A program made the translations under genes and the position numbers. A stretch of 64,000 nt of DNA from Desulfatiglandales bacterium (GTDB lineage Bacteria; Desulfobacterota; DSM-4660; Desulfatiglandales; HGW-15): positions 3,008,001-3,072,000 of the forward strand of contig CAXXJJ010000004.1 in assembly GCA_963667015.2 (NCBI GenBank). Reading direction: 5' to 3'. Shown piece by piece: positions 29,117 through 39,370 of the stretch (position 1 is the stretch's first letter; each line of letters opens with the position of its first letter). A model generated the notes under the pieces. That model saw nothing but the letters and a program-made list of their open reading frames with translations, did not search any database and was not told the origin of the DNA.

Positions 29117-31774
29117 TTAGGTTGTTTGCAATCTGATATTCACCATTTGAGCAAGTGCCCTTGCCATATCATCCAGGGCCGATTCATCCGGCAGGGAGAC
29201 TTTGAGTGTTACTCTGCCATCTTCATCCTTATCCATACATTCCGAAAGCCGTTCTTTAAATGCACTTGCCAATTGTGTGGTCTGATCGTTTTCTTCTTCT
29301 CCTTTAAACATTTCACCTAAAAAGTTAAATGCCGCGCCAATAAGCTGGCCTCCGGCCTCTGCAACTTTTTCTTTCTTTGCGATTATCTTCGCTTCTTTTT
29401 CTCTATCCTCCTTCATGCTTTCATCGACAGGCGCATCAGGCTTTTCACCGATAAGAACCTCCATGCGCCTTCTTAGTTCATCAATGCCTGCGGAAAGATC
29501 AAGTGAATCATCTTCGGATGACGGGTCAAGAGCCGCGTTAAACAAAGCCTGTTTTGCGGAAAGTGTTCCAAGCAGACCTTCCTCTATTGTATCCTCTGTT
29601 ACCAGCAGAAAAATCTGTACCGGCCTTTTTTGCCCCATTCTATGGGCTCGCCCTATTCTCTGCTCAAGGATTGCAGGATTCCATGGGAGGTCAACGTTAA
29701 TAACAGTATTGGCTGCCTGCAGGTTCAGTCCTGTTGACCCTGCATTGGTTGTTATAAAAAACCTGCAACCTGGTTCTTTATTAAACCTGCTCACAAGACC
29801 GGGCCTCTTCTTTTGAGGAACAGAGCCGTCCAGCCTGACGAAATCAATTTTTTTCTTTTTCAGTAAAGGCTCTATAAGATTTAACATGGTGGTCCATTCG
29901 CTGAATAAAACGACCTTTCTATCCTCTTCAGACATCAATTGATCCAGAAGTGATTCGATTTCCTCCAGTTTGCTGGAGTAACCCGGGGCCTGCTTATCAA
30001 CAAGAAAGGTACTGTCTGCAACCATCCGGCATATAAGCAATGCCTTTTGAAGCCTGAGGAGATCCATTTCGGAAATATACTTTTTTTTCAGTATCTGGCT
30101 CACAACTCTTTTATTCTGGCTGTGGATAGTCAGTTGCTCATCAGTAGGTATTATTCTCCTAATTTCAGTTGTCCTCGATGGCAACTGTTTTAAAACCTCA
30201 TTTCTGGTCCGGCGGATGAGAACAGGTTTGAGTTTTTCACGAAGGATATCAAGATTTTTATATCCGAGCAATTTCCCTTTCTCGTTTGTTATCCTGTGCT
30301 GGTTATAAAACCTGAAAGCAGGTCCGAGCCTTCTGTCATCTATAAATTCAATAATTGAATGGAGTTCGTCAAGCCGGTTTTCAAGTGGCGTTCCTGTGAG
30401 GACAAGTGCAAATGGGGATTTTAACGCCTTGATTGTCTGGCTGGTCTTTGTTTCCCAGTTTTTAATCCTCTGGCCTTCATCAAGAATAATCAGGTCCCAT
30501 TTTACCTGTTCGATTGTATTTATATCTCTTAATACCTGTTCATAATTACACACAGTAAAAAAACAGTCATTACCATACTGTTCGGAGCGCTCTTCGGCAG
30601 TCCCCAGAATGAGCTGGCAGTTGCGATTAGTGAAACGGCCTATCTCTGTGCGCCACTGACTTTTAAGTGATGCCGGACAAATAATAAGAACTTTTGAAAC
30701 AGCCGCATCCTGGGCGAGCAGCTCCGAAACTCCGATCCCCTGTATAGTTTTACCAAGCCCCATATCATCGGCTATTACAGATCTTCCTCTTCCGACCGCA
30801 AAAGCAATGCCGTCAAGCTGGTAAGGAAGCAATTCGGTTTTAAGCAGGTTTTTTCTTAAAGGATGTTTTGAAAGGTTTGAGCGTATCCTATTAACTTTTT
30901 CACTTACATGTTCGCGGTAGAGAAAATGATTAATATACTCCTCGGCGTCCGGGTATATGATTACACCTGTTCCTGATAATTCAAGAGTTTTGATCGTTTT
31001 AACAAGGCCTGCGACATCCCTGATGTGTTTATCCTTATATGGTTCAAGTTTGTTCACTATGTTCTTATCAAGACCTTCAGGAATCAAAATCCTCAGTTCC
31101 AGGTTTTCACTGTAATGAAGATATATTGCTATATCCTTAATTATGTAAGGCTTATCCTTGATTTTTTTGGGGAATCTATTTTTAAACTTGTTGATGGTGT
31201 GAAGAATATGTTTACAGGTCCCGAGCGTGTTTTTTCGAAAGTCGGGACATGTACAGAAAGATTCGCCTCTTTCCCATCCGCGCAGTGCAACCCTGTAGGT
31301 TTTACCGGAGGTATTATTGGTTACAAGATAATCAGTCCATAGTGCAGACCTATCAGTCGATTGAACCTTCATTTTTTGTTTTTCTGCCCGCTCCATCCTA
31401 TCAGCAATCTCCTGGGCAATAAGTTCTTCATCTGTCAGGCTCTCAACAGGTATCTTTTCAGGAGGCAGGGCAGACAGGCCGAGAGCTAATTTCTCTTCCA
31501 GGACCAGGGAAAATGCAGCACCAAGATGCTCACACATGCAATCACATGTGCTGCATTTAAATTTCAGATGCCTGTTTTCCTCCGAGTCAAGGGATATAAA
31601 AACAATTGCCTCATCAAGATCAACTTTTAAGGTCTTGCTATCAAGGTTTACCTGTTCATCAATATTGATTTCATATTTCCCGCCATGAAGTAACAGCTTT
31701 TTCCCATCGGGACCTAATAGTTTACATGCCTGAGTGTAGGTAAGGTGCGAGAGCCTGTCTTTTAACGTCAACAC
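29117..31774 (-). CDS. SNF2-family helicase with SWIM zinc finger
   Basis: CTCPDF...CKH (SWIM), DDMGLGKT, LDEGQ, TGTPLEN and QRIGRAHRMGQ motifs. Confidence 0.93.
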   Translation of the reverse strand: MLTLKDRLSHLTYTQACKLLGPDGKKLLLHGGKYEINIDEQVNLDSKTLKVDLDEAIVFISLDSEENRHLKFKCSTCDCMCEHLGAAFSLVLEEKLALGLSALPPEKIPVESLTDEELIAQEIADRMERAEKQKMKVQSTDRSALWTDYLVTNNTSGKTYRVALRGWERGESFCTCPDFRKNTLGTCKHILHTINKFKNRFPKKIKDKPYIIKDIAIYLHYSENLELRILIPEGLDKNIVNKLEPYKDKHIRDVAGLVKTIKTLELSGTGVIIYPDAEEYINHFLYREHVSEKVNRIRSNLSKHPLRKNLLKTELLPYQLDGIAFAVGRGRSVIADDMGLGKTIQGIGVSELLAQDAAVSKVLIICPASLKSQWRTEIGRFTNRNCQLILGTAEERSEQYGNDCFFTVCNYEQVLRDINTIEQVKWDLIILDEGQRIKNWETKTSQTIKALKSPFALVLTGTPLENRLDELHSIIEFIDDRRLGPAFRFYNQHRITNEKGKLLGYKNLDILREKLKPVLIRRTRNEVLKQLPSRTTEIRRIIPTDEQLTIHSQNKRVVSQILKKKYISEMDLLRLQKALLICRMVADSTFLVDKQAPGYSSKLEEIESLLDQLMSEEDRKVVLFSEWTTMLNLIEPLLKKKKIDFVRLDGSVPQKKRPGLVSRFNKEPGCRFFITTNAGSTGLNLQAANTVINVDLPWNPAILEQRIGRAHRMGQKRPVQIFLLVTEDTIEEGLLGTLSAKQALFNAALDPSSEDDSLDLSAGIDELRRRMEVLIGEKPDAPVDESMKEDREKEAKIIAKKEKVAEAGGQLIGAAFNFLGEMFKGEEENDQTTQLASAFKERLSECMDKDEDGRVTLKVSLPDESALDDMARALAQMVNIRLQTT

Positions 31775-31811
31775 TGTTTTTCTCCATTTATTAGTTTATA
31801 AATTTATCAAC

Positions 31812-34277
31812 TTAAAGCATCTGATAGGGATCTATATCAATCACCATACCCACACCACTTCCCTTGAGGATACTGCCTGACTGATCCCTGACCCTGCGCA
31901 GATAATAGTGAAGCAGACCGCTGTTCCTGCTCTTAAGAAGAAGCTGCCACCTGTACTTGCCTCTTAGCTTTGCTAGGGGTGCCTCGGCAGGACCAAGAAC
32001 CTGTATCTCTTTTCCCTTTTTCGGCCACCCGTCAAGTATCCTTCTCATCTCCCGGCCCAACTCTGCTGCTGCCGACTGTGTCTTACCCAATTCATTACCT
32101 GAAAGCCGGATACAGGCAAGATACCCGAATGGAGGATAGTTCAGCAATTCACGCAGCTGAGTTTCATGCTCATAAAAGCTTTTATAGTCATGCTTTTTGG
32201 CTGCCTCAATAGCATAGTGTCCGGGATTAAAGGTCTGGATGATTACCTGCCCCGGGTCAGCACCGCGCCCGGCCCTTCCTGCCACCTGGGACAGGATCTG
32301 AAAAGTACGCTCCCCTGCCCTGAAATCCGGAAACCCGAGGGAAAGATCGGCAGATATAACACCGACCAGCGTCACATTAGGGAAATCATACCCCTTTGTT
32401 ACCATCTGTGTCCCAACAAGAATATCCAGTTCATTATTGCTGAAGCTCTTAAGGAGCTTGTTTATCTGCCCCTTTTTTCTGGTAGTGTCCCTGTCAAACC
32501 TTGCTACCCTTGCCCCCGGGACACTCTCTACCAGTTCACGCTCAAGTTTTTCAGTGCCGAACCCGTAGGGTATCATGCCTTCGTGCCTGCATGAAGGGCA
32601 CCTGTTATCCGGCACCAGCCTGTAGTCACAATAGTGACAGGTAAGTTCCTTTGCATGAAGATGATAGGTGAGCGTAAGATTGCAGTTAGGGCACCTGACA
32701 GATTCACCGCAGGCGGGGCATAGATATATTCGGCTGAACCCCCTCCTGTTTAAAAAGAGAATAGCCTGTTTTCCCTTTTCAAAATTATCCACAAGTGCAT
32801 TTTTTAAGGCCGGGCTCAGCAGCATCTTTTTATCTATCTTTTCCAGCTCGGACAGAGATTTCATGTCCACAATCTTTATATCCGGCAATGGTCGTTTTTC
32901 CACCCTCTCCGGCATGCTGATGAGGTGATAATGTCTCTTTTCAGAATTGTGAAAGGACTGTACAGAAGGTGTCCCTGAGCCAAGCACGACCAGGGCATTC
33001 TCCATCTTGCCCCTTGCTACTGCAGCATCCCTTGCCTGATATCTGGGCGCCTCTTCCTGCTTGTATGAGGCGTCATATTCCTCATCCACTATGATAAGGC
33101 CAAGACGCGAAAGCGGTGCAAAAAGTGCTGACCTTGCCCCGATAACAAGATCCACCTCACCTCTCAGCATCATCATCCACTGATCATACCGCTCGCCCTT
33201 TGAAAGACCGCTGTGAAACAGGGCAACACGGTCACCCAGCCTTGACCGGAAAAGACCCTCGGTAAAAATGGTAAGGGCTATCTCAGGAACAAGCATGATG
33301 GCCTGTTTTCCGAGACTTATGGCATGTGAGATGGCATTATAATAGACCTCTGTTTTGCCACTCCCTGTTACGCCATATAAAAGGTATGTTGCAAAGATCC
33401 CTTTATCCATACTTTTTTTAAAGGCCGATAAAACCGTTTCCTGATGTTCCGAAAGGGATTCCGGCGGAGGAGAAGGATTGACTATTGTTCCGGCAGGATC
33501 CCGGAAAACCTCTTTACTATACTTTTCAAGCACACCTTTTTTTGTCCACTTCTCTGCGAGGTAATTTCCGTTTTTAAACATTGTGCACAGGTCCCTCAAG
33601 GGCAATCCTTCTGTTACCCTGAGACACTTTAGAAATTCGGATTCATTATCTGCCTTCAACTTGAGACGCGAGTCATCAATGATGGCATTGGGCTCACAAT
33701 CCTCTTTAAATCTGACATACATCCGCATCAGAGGACCCGCAGTGTTTACGGGTTTCTGCTTTTCTATTGAAATCAATCCCTTTTTTTCAAGCTGATAATA
33801 CCTGCACAGGGGAGACGAAAGGCGTTTTCCGGGATTTTTTTTTATTGTGTCCAGGATCATTTTCTGCTCTGGCTTCAGTGAAGGTGATTCAAGGGCAGCC
33901 AGTCCCTTTTCAGTTATCACAGCGGATTTAAAGGGCAGGGCATTCAGGCCCCCGGGCAGGGCCGACTGAATAACCATGCCCAGAGGGCAGATATAATAAT
34001 CGGACAACCAGTTGAAAAAAGGGACCAGGTTGCTGCTGAAGAGCGGCGTCTGATCAAGGATATCCGATATATCCTTCAACTCATAACCGAGATCATTGTC
34101 ATCGATACGGGTTTCCATGATGTAAGCTATGACTTCTCTGTTGTTAAAGGGTGCAAGCACCCTCTTACCGATTTCTATATCAGGCAGGAGATCAACAGGC
34201 ACCGAATAGGAATAAAGGTTATCCACCGGTGCGCAGACCGCAACACTTATTATCTGTTTATTGATATTCCCGGGCAT
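31812..34277 (-). CDS. priA: Primosomal protein N'
   Basis: GVTGSGKTEVY, VDEE, Cys-rich region, QVAGRAGR and IDIDP C-terminus. Confidence 0.97.
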   Translation of the reverse strand: MPGNINKQIISVAVCAPVDNLYSYSVPVDLLPDIEIGKRVLAPFNNREVIAYIMETRIDDNDLGYELKDISDILDQTPLFSSNLVPFFNWLSDYYICPLGMVIQSALPGGLNALPFKSAVITEKGLAALESPSLKPEQKMILDTIKKNPGKRLSSPLCRYYQLEKKGLISIEKQKPVNTAGPLMRMYVRFKEDCEPNAIIDDSRLKLKADNESEFLKCLRVTEGLPLRDLCTMFKNGNYLAEKWTKKGVLEKYSKEVFRDPAGTIVNPSPPPESLSEHQETVLSAFKKSMDKGIFATYLLYGVTGSGKTEVYYNAISHAISLGKQAIMLVPEIALTIFTEGLFRSRLGDRVALFHSGLSKGERYDQWMMMLRGEVDLVIGARSALFAPLSRLGLIIVDEEYDASYKQEEAPRYQARDAAVARGKMENALVVLGSGTPSVQSFHNSEKRHYHLISMPERVEKRPLPDIKIVDMKSLSELEKIDKKMLLSPALKNALVDNFEKGKQAILFLNRRGFSRIYLCPACGESVRCPNCNLTLTYHLHAKELTCHYCDYRLVPDNRCPSCRHEGMIPYGFGTEKLERELVESVPGARVARFDRDTTRKKGQINKLLKSFSNNELDILVGTQMVTKGYDFPNVTLVGVISADLSLGFPDFRAGERTFQILSQVAGRAGRGADPGQVIIQTFNPGHYAIEAAKKHDYKSFYEHETQLRELLNYPPFGYLACIRLSGNELGKTQSAAAELGREMRRILDGWPKKGKEIQVLGPAEAPLAKLRGKYRWQLLLKSRNSGLLHYYLRRVRDQSGSILKGSGVGMVIDIDPYQML

Positions 34278-34286
34278 GGATGGGAT

Positions 34287-35231
34287 TTACTGATACTCTT
34301 CTTCAAATGCCTTTATGACATTTCGTAATCGGTCCTTATCTATATCCGGATTTGCCAAATCAGGATTTGCCGAATCATTTTCGGAATCCGGATTCATCGA
34401 ATCTTCTTTAAGTTCTCTTTTTAATTCATCCGGGAAATCATCCTGTAAACCGTCCATAGGAGTCATTGGCTCAGGTTCTGAAACCTCCGGCAATTCATAC
34501 TCCGGAAAGATATTTAAGATTGATGCATCTATGGGAATATTTGTCTGGATGGTCTGAATGGTGTACTTTTCAACGAGATTTTCACCCTGATTATATGTTA
34601 TTTCATATGGATACCACCCTTTGCCTTCTTTTTGATAATCATCAAACCTCACTGTTATCAGTTCACTTTCAGGATTGTCCGGGACTTTATACATTATCAT
34701 AAGAGGCAAAAACCTCTTTTTTTCAATTATTAACTTCGGGCTGTCAGGTTCCCCCTTACCTATCCTGAAGGCAATCTCTCCTTCAAATCGTGTATAGGAT
34801 GTTATTGAGAGATCAATCCCAAGAGGCAGCAATATCCGCTCTATCTTTTCCCTGCTGTTGGCCAGAAATAACTGTCGATAAAGGATATCCGGAGCAAAAA
34901 AATCTCTTCCGGACAGGCTGTCAAGGGCCTTTATGGAATATTTATCAGGAGATTCGAGCCACAGCTGTTCTGTAAAGACCTTTTCGCTCCAGGCTTGGGT
35001 CTGAAGCGTTGATTGAATCACCGTGACAGTCCTGAAACCTGAAAAGTTTTTAATCATAAAATCCAGGATCTGATCCGCAGGCATTACATAGCCATAGGCG
35101 GTAAGGCTTCCTAGAAATATAGCTGACACTATCATAAATAATGCTGATTTAGCTTTAATGTGAAAAAATATTTTTTTCATTTTGTCATCAGTGCTCCGAT
35201 AATTATTGATTATAATCGAGCAAGATAACAA
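34287..35231 (-). CDS. Hypothetical exported protein (possible LolA-like fold; start uncertain)
   Basis: Hydrophobic N-terminal segment, beta-rich body and acidic tail. Confidence 0.65.
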   Translation of the reverse strand: MLSCSIIINNYRSTDDKMKKIFFHIKAKSALFMIVSAIFLGSLTAYGYVMPADQILDFMIKNFSGFRTVTVIQSTLQTQAWSEKVFTEQLWLESPDKYSIKALDSLSGRDFFAPDILYRQLFLANSREKIERILLPLGIDLSITSYTRFEGEIAFRIGKGEPDSPKLIIEKKRFLPLMIMYKVPDNPESELITVRFDDYQKEGKGWYPYEITYNQGENLVEKYTIQTIQTNIPIDASILNIFPEYELPEVSEPEPMTPMDGLQDDFPDELKRELKEDSMNPDSENDSANPDLANPDIDKDRLRNVIKAFEEEYQ

Positions 35232-35370
35232 TTATCCTTGCCATACTCAAGCGCAAGATTGATTTTTTCATTTTATTCATTACATAATAATTATTGACAT
35301 ATTACCAAATTTAAACTAAAAATATATATAAATTATACATAATTAAACATATTTATAAGGAGTATGAAAA

Positions 35371-35556
35371 ATGTCATATTATATTGTCTGTCAGAAAAAA
35401 CGAAATAATCCCCGCATGGATATACGTGTCTGCGATAAAAAATGTGATATGAAAAATGAATGTGACGAATACAAATCTTCCTGCAAAGAGCTGATAAGGG
35501 AAAATTCATCTCTCCAGTTGAGCGGAATGGAAGCAATTCAAATGGAAGCAGCTTAA
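35371..35556 (+). CDS. Small Cys-rich hypothetical protein
   Basis: AAGGAG RBS, upstream TTGACA, and five Cys in 61 aa. Confidence 0.55.
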   Translation: MSYYIVCQKKRNNPRMDIRVCDKKCDMKNECDEYKSSCKELIRENSSLQLSGMEAIQMEAA

Positions 35557-36261
35557 CTACAGATGCATTCTTTCCATACTTTTCAGAATTCTCTTCTGAC
35601 GATCTAATATATATTCATCAGGATTCACAGGAGACCATTTGTGGGGGCCGCGAAGGATGGCAGCAAGCAGCGCAGCCTCCTCGGCAGTCAGCTCCGCAGC
35701 ACTTTTATTAAAATATTTCTTTGAAGCCGCCTCTGCGCCTCGTATCCCGGTTCCCCAGTCCACCGTGTTAAGATACATCTCCAGAATTCTCATCTTGGGC
35801 ATTGCAAACTCAATCAATACAGTATAATAGGCCTCTGCTGCTTTTCTTGTTATACTCCTTCCACGCCACAAAAAAACAGTCCTTGCCGTCTGCATTGTTA
35901 TGGTGGAGGCACCCCTTACCGTTCCATCATTCAACATATCCCTGAGCGCCCTCTGTATTTCCTGGAAATCGAATCCGCTGTGAGACATAAACCTCTGATC
36001 CTCTACTGCAAGAACTGCCCTGATAAGATTTGGTGAGATATCCCTGATAGGGCGCCATTCCCCCTTTGGGATTATATACTTATCCGAAGAAAACATGTTC
36101 CTGACCCGAAAAGCCAGATCTGACATGGCAAAGGGGTAATTAATAAATCTGAAGGCAAATACCTGAAGCAGGGAAAGGGCAAAAAACAGGCATAAAATAT
36201 TTATAATAATCCGGCCAAGCCGTTTAAACAGATTTTTTTTCTTTTTCCTTTTTTTCACCAA
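35557..36261 (-). CDS. mtgA: Monofunctional peptidoglycan transglycosylase
   Basis: EDQRF, GASTITMQTAR, RKAAE and YLNTVDWG motifs. Confidence 0.93.
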   Translation of the reverse strand: MVKKRKKKKNLFKRLGRIIINILCLFFALSLLQVFAFRFINYPFAMSDLAFRVRNMFSSDKYIIPKGEWRPIRDISPNLIRAVLAVEDQRFMSHSGFDFQEIQRALRDMLNDGTVRGASTITMQTARTVFLWRGRSITRKAAEAYYTVLIEFAMPKMRILEMYLNTVDWGTGIRGAEAASKKYFNKSAAELTAEEAALLAAILRGPHKWSPVNPDEYILDRQKRILKSMERMHL

Positions 36262-36293
36262 TTAGTGCCCATCCATAAACTGTTTTAAAGCAC

Positions 36294-36446
36294 TAATTGG
36301 TTTCCAATTCATAAACGAGATATTTTTTACAAGATCAAGGAAATCAAGGAATGGCGCGGAGGTGTACTTTAGTACATCGCACAAGTCATTCCGCTGATTG
36401 ACGCAGAGATTGTGAAAAAGAGCCGTTTATGGATGGAAACCAATTA
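36294..36446. mobile_element. MITE-like non-coding element with terminal inverted repeats
   Basis: TAATTGGTTTCCA...TGGAAACCAATTA termini extended by CATAAACG/CGTTTATG; internal hairpin TGTACTTTAGTACA. A related partial end (CCATCCATAAAC) lies at 36269-36280. Confidence 0.7.
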
Positions 36447-37274
36447 ATCATGCCCTGTCTGTTTCTTTATGCTGTCCCAGGCGTTGTTCATGTCATCATA
36501 GGTGGCGTCATCCAGTTTTATACCGGATTTATCCAGTTCCTTTTCCATCCTCTTGAATCGATCGACAAATTTTTTATTTGCATCCCTCAACAGTTCTTCA
36601 CTGTTAAAATCCCAGTGCCGGGCAAGGTTGACCAGGCTGAAAAACAGATCGCCGATTTCTTCTCTCACTTCATCCTTACTGCCATCACCGACAGCATCGG
36701 AAAGTTCATTAAACTCTTCCGTCACCTTGTCCCAGATATCTTCCCTGTTTTTCCAGTCAAATCCTGTTTTGGAGGCCTTTTTACTCAGTCTGTGAGCCCT
36801 CAATAATGCGGGCAGACCGACAGGGACCTCTTCAAGAATGGATGAAGCGCTTTTATTGTTTCCCTTTTCCTGCATCTTGATCTTCTGCCAGTTTTCCGAA
36901 ACCTCTTCGGCGCTGTTTACAACAGTATCGCCAAACACATGGGGATGCCTGTTCTTCATTTTTTTTACTATGTTCCGGATTACATCAGTTATGCTGAACA
37001 ATGTCTTTTCATGGGCCAGACGCGCTAAAAACACAATCATGAACAGGAGGTCTCCCAGCTCAAGGCACATCTCCGGGTAATCTTCCTTTTCAATGGCATC
37101 CATTGCTTCATAGCATTCTTCCAGGAGATACATCTTAACGGTTTCTATTGTCTGTTTTCTGTCCCACGGACACCCTTCAGGGCTTCTCAGTTTTTCTGCA
37201 AGCGCAACCAGTTCAAGAAAAGAACCGGCAAGCTCTTCATCGTTTAATCTGTTTGTCATTTTTTTCTTTTTCAA
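36444..37274 (-). CDS. mazG: Nucleoside triphosphate pyrophosphohydrolase
   Basis: LRSPEGCPWDRKQT, ELGDLL, RHPHVF and EEIGDL motifs. Confidence 0.95.
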   Translation of the reverse strand: MKKKKMTNRLNDEELAGSFLELVALAEKLRSPEGCPWDRKQTIETVKMYLLEECYEAMDAIEKEDYPEMCLELGDLLFMIVFLARLAHEKTLFSITDVIRNIVKKMKNRHPHVFGDTVVNSAEEVSENWQKIKMQEKGNNKSASSILEEVPVGLPALLRAHRLSKKASKTGFDWKNREDIWDKVTEEFNELSDAVGDGSKDEVREEIGDLFFSLVNLARHWDFNSEELLRDANKKFVDRFKRMEKELDKSGIKLDDATYDDMNNAWDSIKKQTGHD

Positions 37275-37800
37275 AGATTACGCTGTTTATCTTACCGGTT
37301 TTACCCAGTATCTTCTTTTTCCAGTTATTGTAGTGATCAGGAGAAACAAGGCCGACAATGGACTGGTAGGACCGGATTATCCACGGGGCAAGGAGAGACT
37401 CCGTAATAAGTGGCGCCTTCGCCGGGACATAAAAGGTCAGGATGATAATGATAACATATGAGAGAAAAATTGTTTTAAGGACTGCAAATGCACCGCCCAT
37501 CAGCCGGTCAAACCACCCCAGCACCCCTTTTTTAAACAGCAGCCTCAATCCCCAGCCTGCGAGGTTACAGAGTATAAGCACAGCGACAAATATCAGGGCA
37601 ATACTTATCAAAGGGATAAAATCGGAAGCTGATATAAAGCTGGCAAGTATTTTCGAAACATCAGGCTGATAGACACTGCCAAGCCATACCCCCAGAACAA
37701 CCCCGGCAAGAGATGCTGCCTCCCGGATGAATCCCCTTAAGGTGCCCTTTACTGTCAGGTATATAAGGGGAATCAAAATTATGTAATCAAGAACATTCAT
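37237..37800 (-). CDS. cvpA: CvpA-family membrane protein
   Basis: RGFIRE and DRLMGGAFA motifs; four TM helices. Confidence 0.88.
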   Translation of the reverse strand: MNVLDYIILIPLIYLTVKGTLRGFIREAASLAGVVLGVWLGSVYQPDVSKILASFISASDFIPLISIALIFVAVLILCNLAGWGLRLLFKKGVLGWFDRLMGGAFAVLKTIFLSYVIIIILTFYVPAKAPLITESLLAPWIIRSYQSIVGLVSPDHYNNWKKKILGKTGKINSVIFEKEKNDKQIKR

Positions 37801-38018
37801 AAGGAATTCTTTATCAGAGGTCGCTTGAACAGGTCAAGGCTAATAAATGGATAATAGATTGTTTTCATACATATTATATGGTAATTATTGATTCTCTTAT
37901 AATACCGGCTCAACAAACATTACCGAAACAGATGTCTTTATAATTCCTGCTATCTACTGCTTTTTAAATAATAGGATTTTCCGCAGGGCTATTTCCTGAC
38001 GGAGGTTGACAGGGCATC

Positions 38019-39251
38019 ATGAATGAAAAAGAAAAAATAGATCTTATAACACAGATAAGCCTGGACATTAATGAAGTAAAAGACATTGATATCCTGCTTG
38101 AAAGGATATTGACCGGTGTCCGGCTTTTTTTCAATGCCGATGCAGGTTCTATCTACCTGAAGGATGGCAGTGAATTAAGATTCAGCTATTCCCAGAACAG
38201 CACACTTCAGAAAAAACTCCCTCCCGGCAGGAAACTGGTTTACAACATTTTTTCCATGCCGATAAACAACATGTCCATTGCGGGCTATGTGGCGCTGAAC
38301 AAAAAAACCGTTTCAATTCCGGATGTCTATAATATAGACAGCACTGTCCCCTATATATTTGATTCCGAATTTGATGAAATATCCGGATACAGGACCAGAT
38401 CCATGCTGACAGTTCCCATAACCAATCAGAGGGCTGATGTCCTGGGAGTAATGCAGGTAATCAACGCCATGGACAGGGATGGAAACATAATCCCTTTTTC
38501 AGATTCAGACCAGCCCCTTGTAATGCACTTTGCAACAAGTGCAGGGCTTGCCATAGAACGTGCCCAGACAACAAGAAACATTCTTCTCAGAATGATAAGC
38601 ATGGCCGAACTGCGTGATCCAAAGGAAACCGGGGCACATGTCAACCGGGTGGGGGCCTATTCAGTGGAGATTTATGAGGAATGGGCACGGGTAAAAGGCA
38701 TTCCCGGCCCGGAAGTTGAGCGACAGAAGGATATCCTCAGAATGGCAGCAATGCTCCATGATGTCGGCAAGGTTGCCATAAGCGATCTCATCCTGAAAAA
38801 ACCGGCAAGGCTTACCATGGATGAGTTTGAGATAATGAAATCCCATACCTACCTGGGTGCAAAACTGTTTAAAGATACACATTCAGACTTTGATGAGGTA
38901 GCAATGGAGGTTGCGCTTACCCACCATGAAAAATGGGACGGCACAGGATACCCCGGACAAAGTGACGGGATAAATATTTTGCACTCAAACAGCAATGTGG
39001 ATGATACCAAGCATTTTTTGCCTAAGGAAAGAAAAGAAATCCCATTATTTGGCAGGATTGTCGCAATCGCTGACGTTTATGACGCCCTATGTTCACAGAG
39101 AGTCTATAAAGAGGCCTGGAAAGAAGAAGAGATACTTGAAGAAATTAAAAAGAGTTCAGGCTCACATTTTGACCCGGATATTGTGGATGCCTTTTTTAGC
39201 TGCTACGACATGTTGAAATCCATTGCAAAAAGATACCCTGATAAGGAATAA
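38019..39251 (+). CDS. GAF + HD-GYP c-di-GMP phosphodiesterase
   Basis: GAF domain, ETGAHV, LHDVGK, HHEKWDGTGYP and ADVYDAL motifs. Confidence 0.93.
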   Translation: MNEKEKIDLITQISLDINEVKDIDILLERILTGVRLFFNADAGSIYLKDGSELRFSYSQNSTLQKKLPPGRKLVYNIFSMPINNMSIAGYVALNKKTVSIPDVYNIDSTVPYIFDSEFDEISGYRTRSMLTVPITNQRADVLGVMQVINAMDRDGNIIPFSDSDQPLVMHFATSAGLAIERAQTTRNILLRMISMAELRDPKETGAHVNRVGAYSVEIYEEWARVKGIPGPEVERQKDILRMAAMLHDVGKVAISDLILKKPARLTMDEFEIMKSHTYLGAKLFKDTHSDFDEVAMEVALTHHEKWDGTGYPGQSDGINILHSNSNVDDTKHFLPKERKEIPLFGRIVAIADVYDALCSQRVYKEAWKEEEILEEIKKSSGSHFDPDIVDAFFSCYDMLKSIAKRYPDKE

Positions 39252-39370
39252 GATACTTTATAATTCTGCTGAAAAAACTATAGCTGCTTTTATCTGAAAA
39301 GACCTGTTTTTCTTCACGGCACATTGTTTGCAATGACAAGGTATATTATTAATAAGGGCTGTGAATTAAT

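Noticed and set aside
34348..34377. 15-bp tandem duplication
   Set aside because: It is an in-frame duplication in a low-complexity acidic tail and unremarkable.
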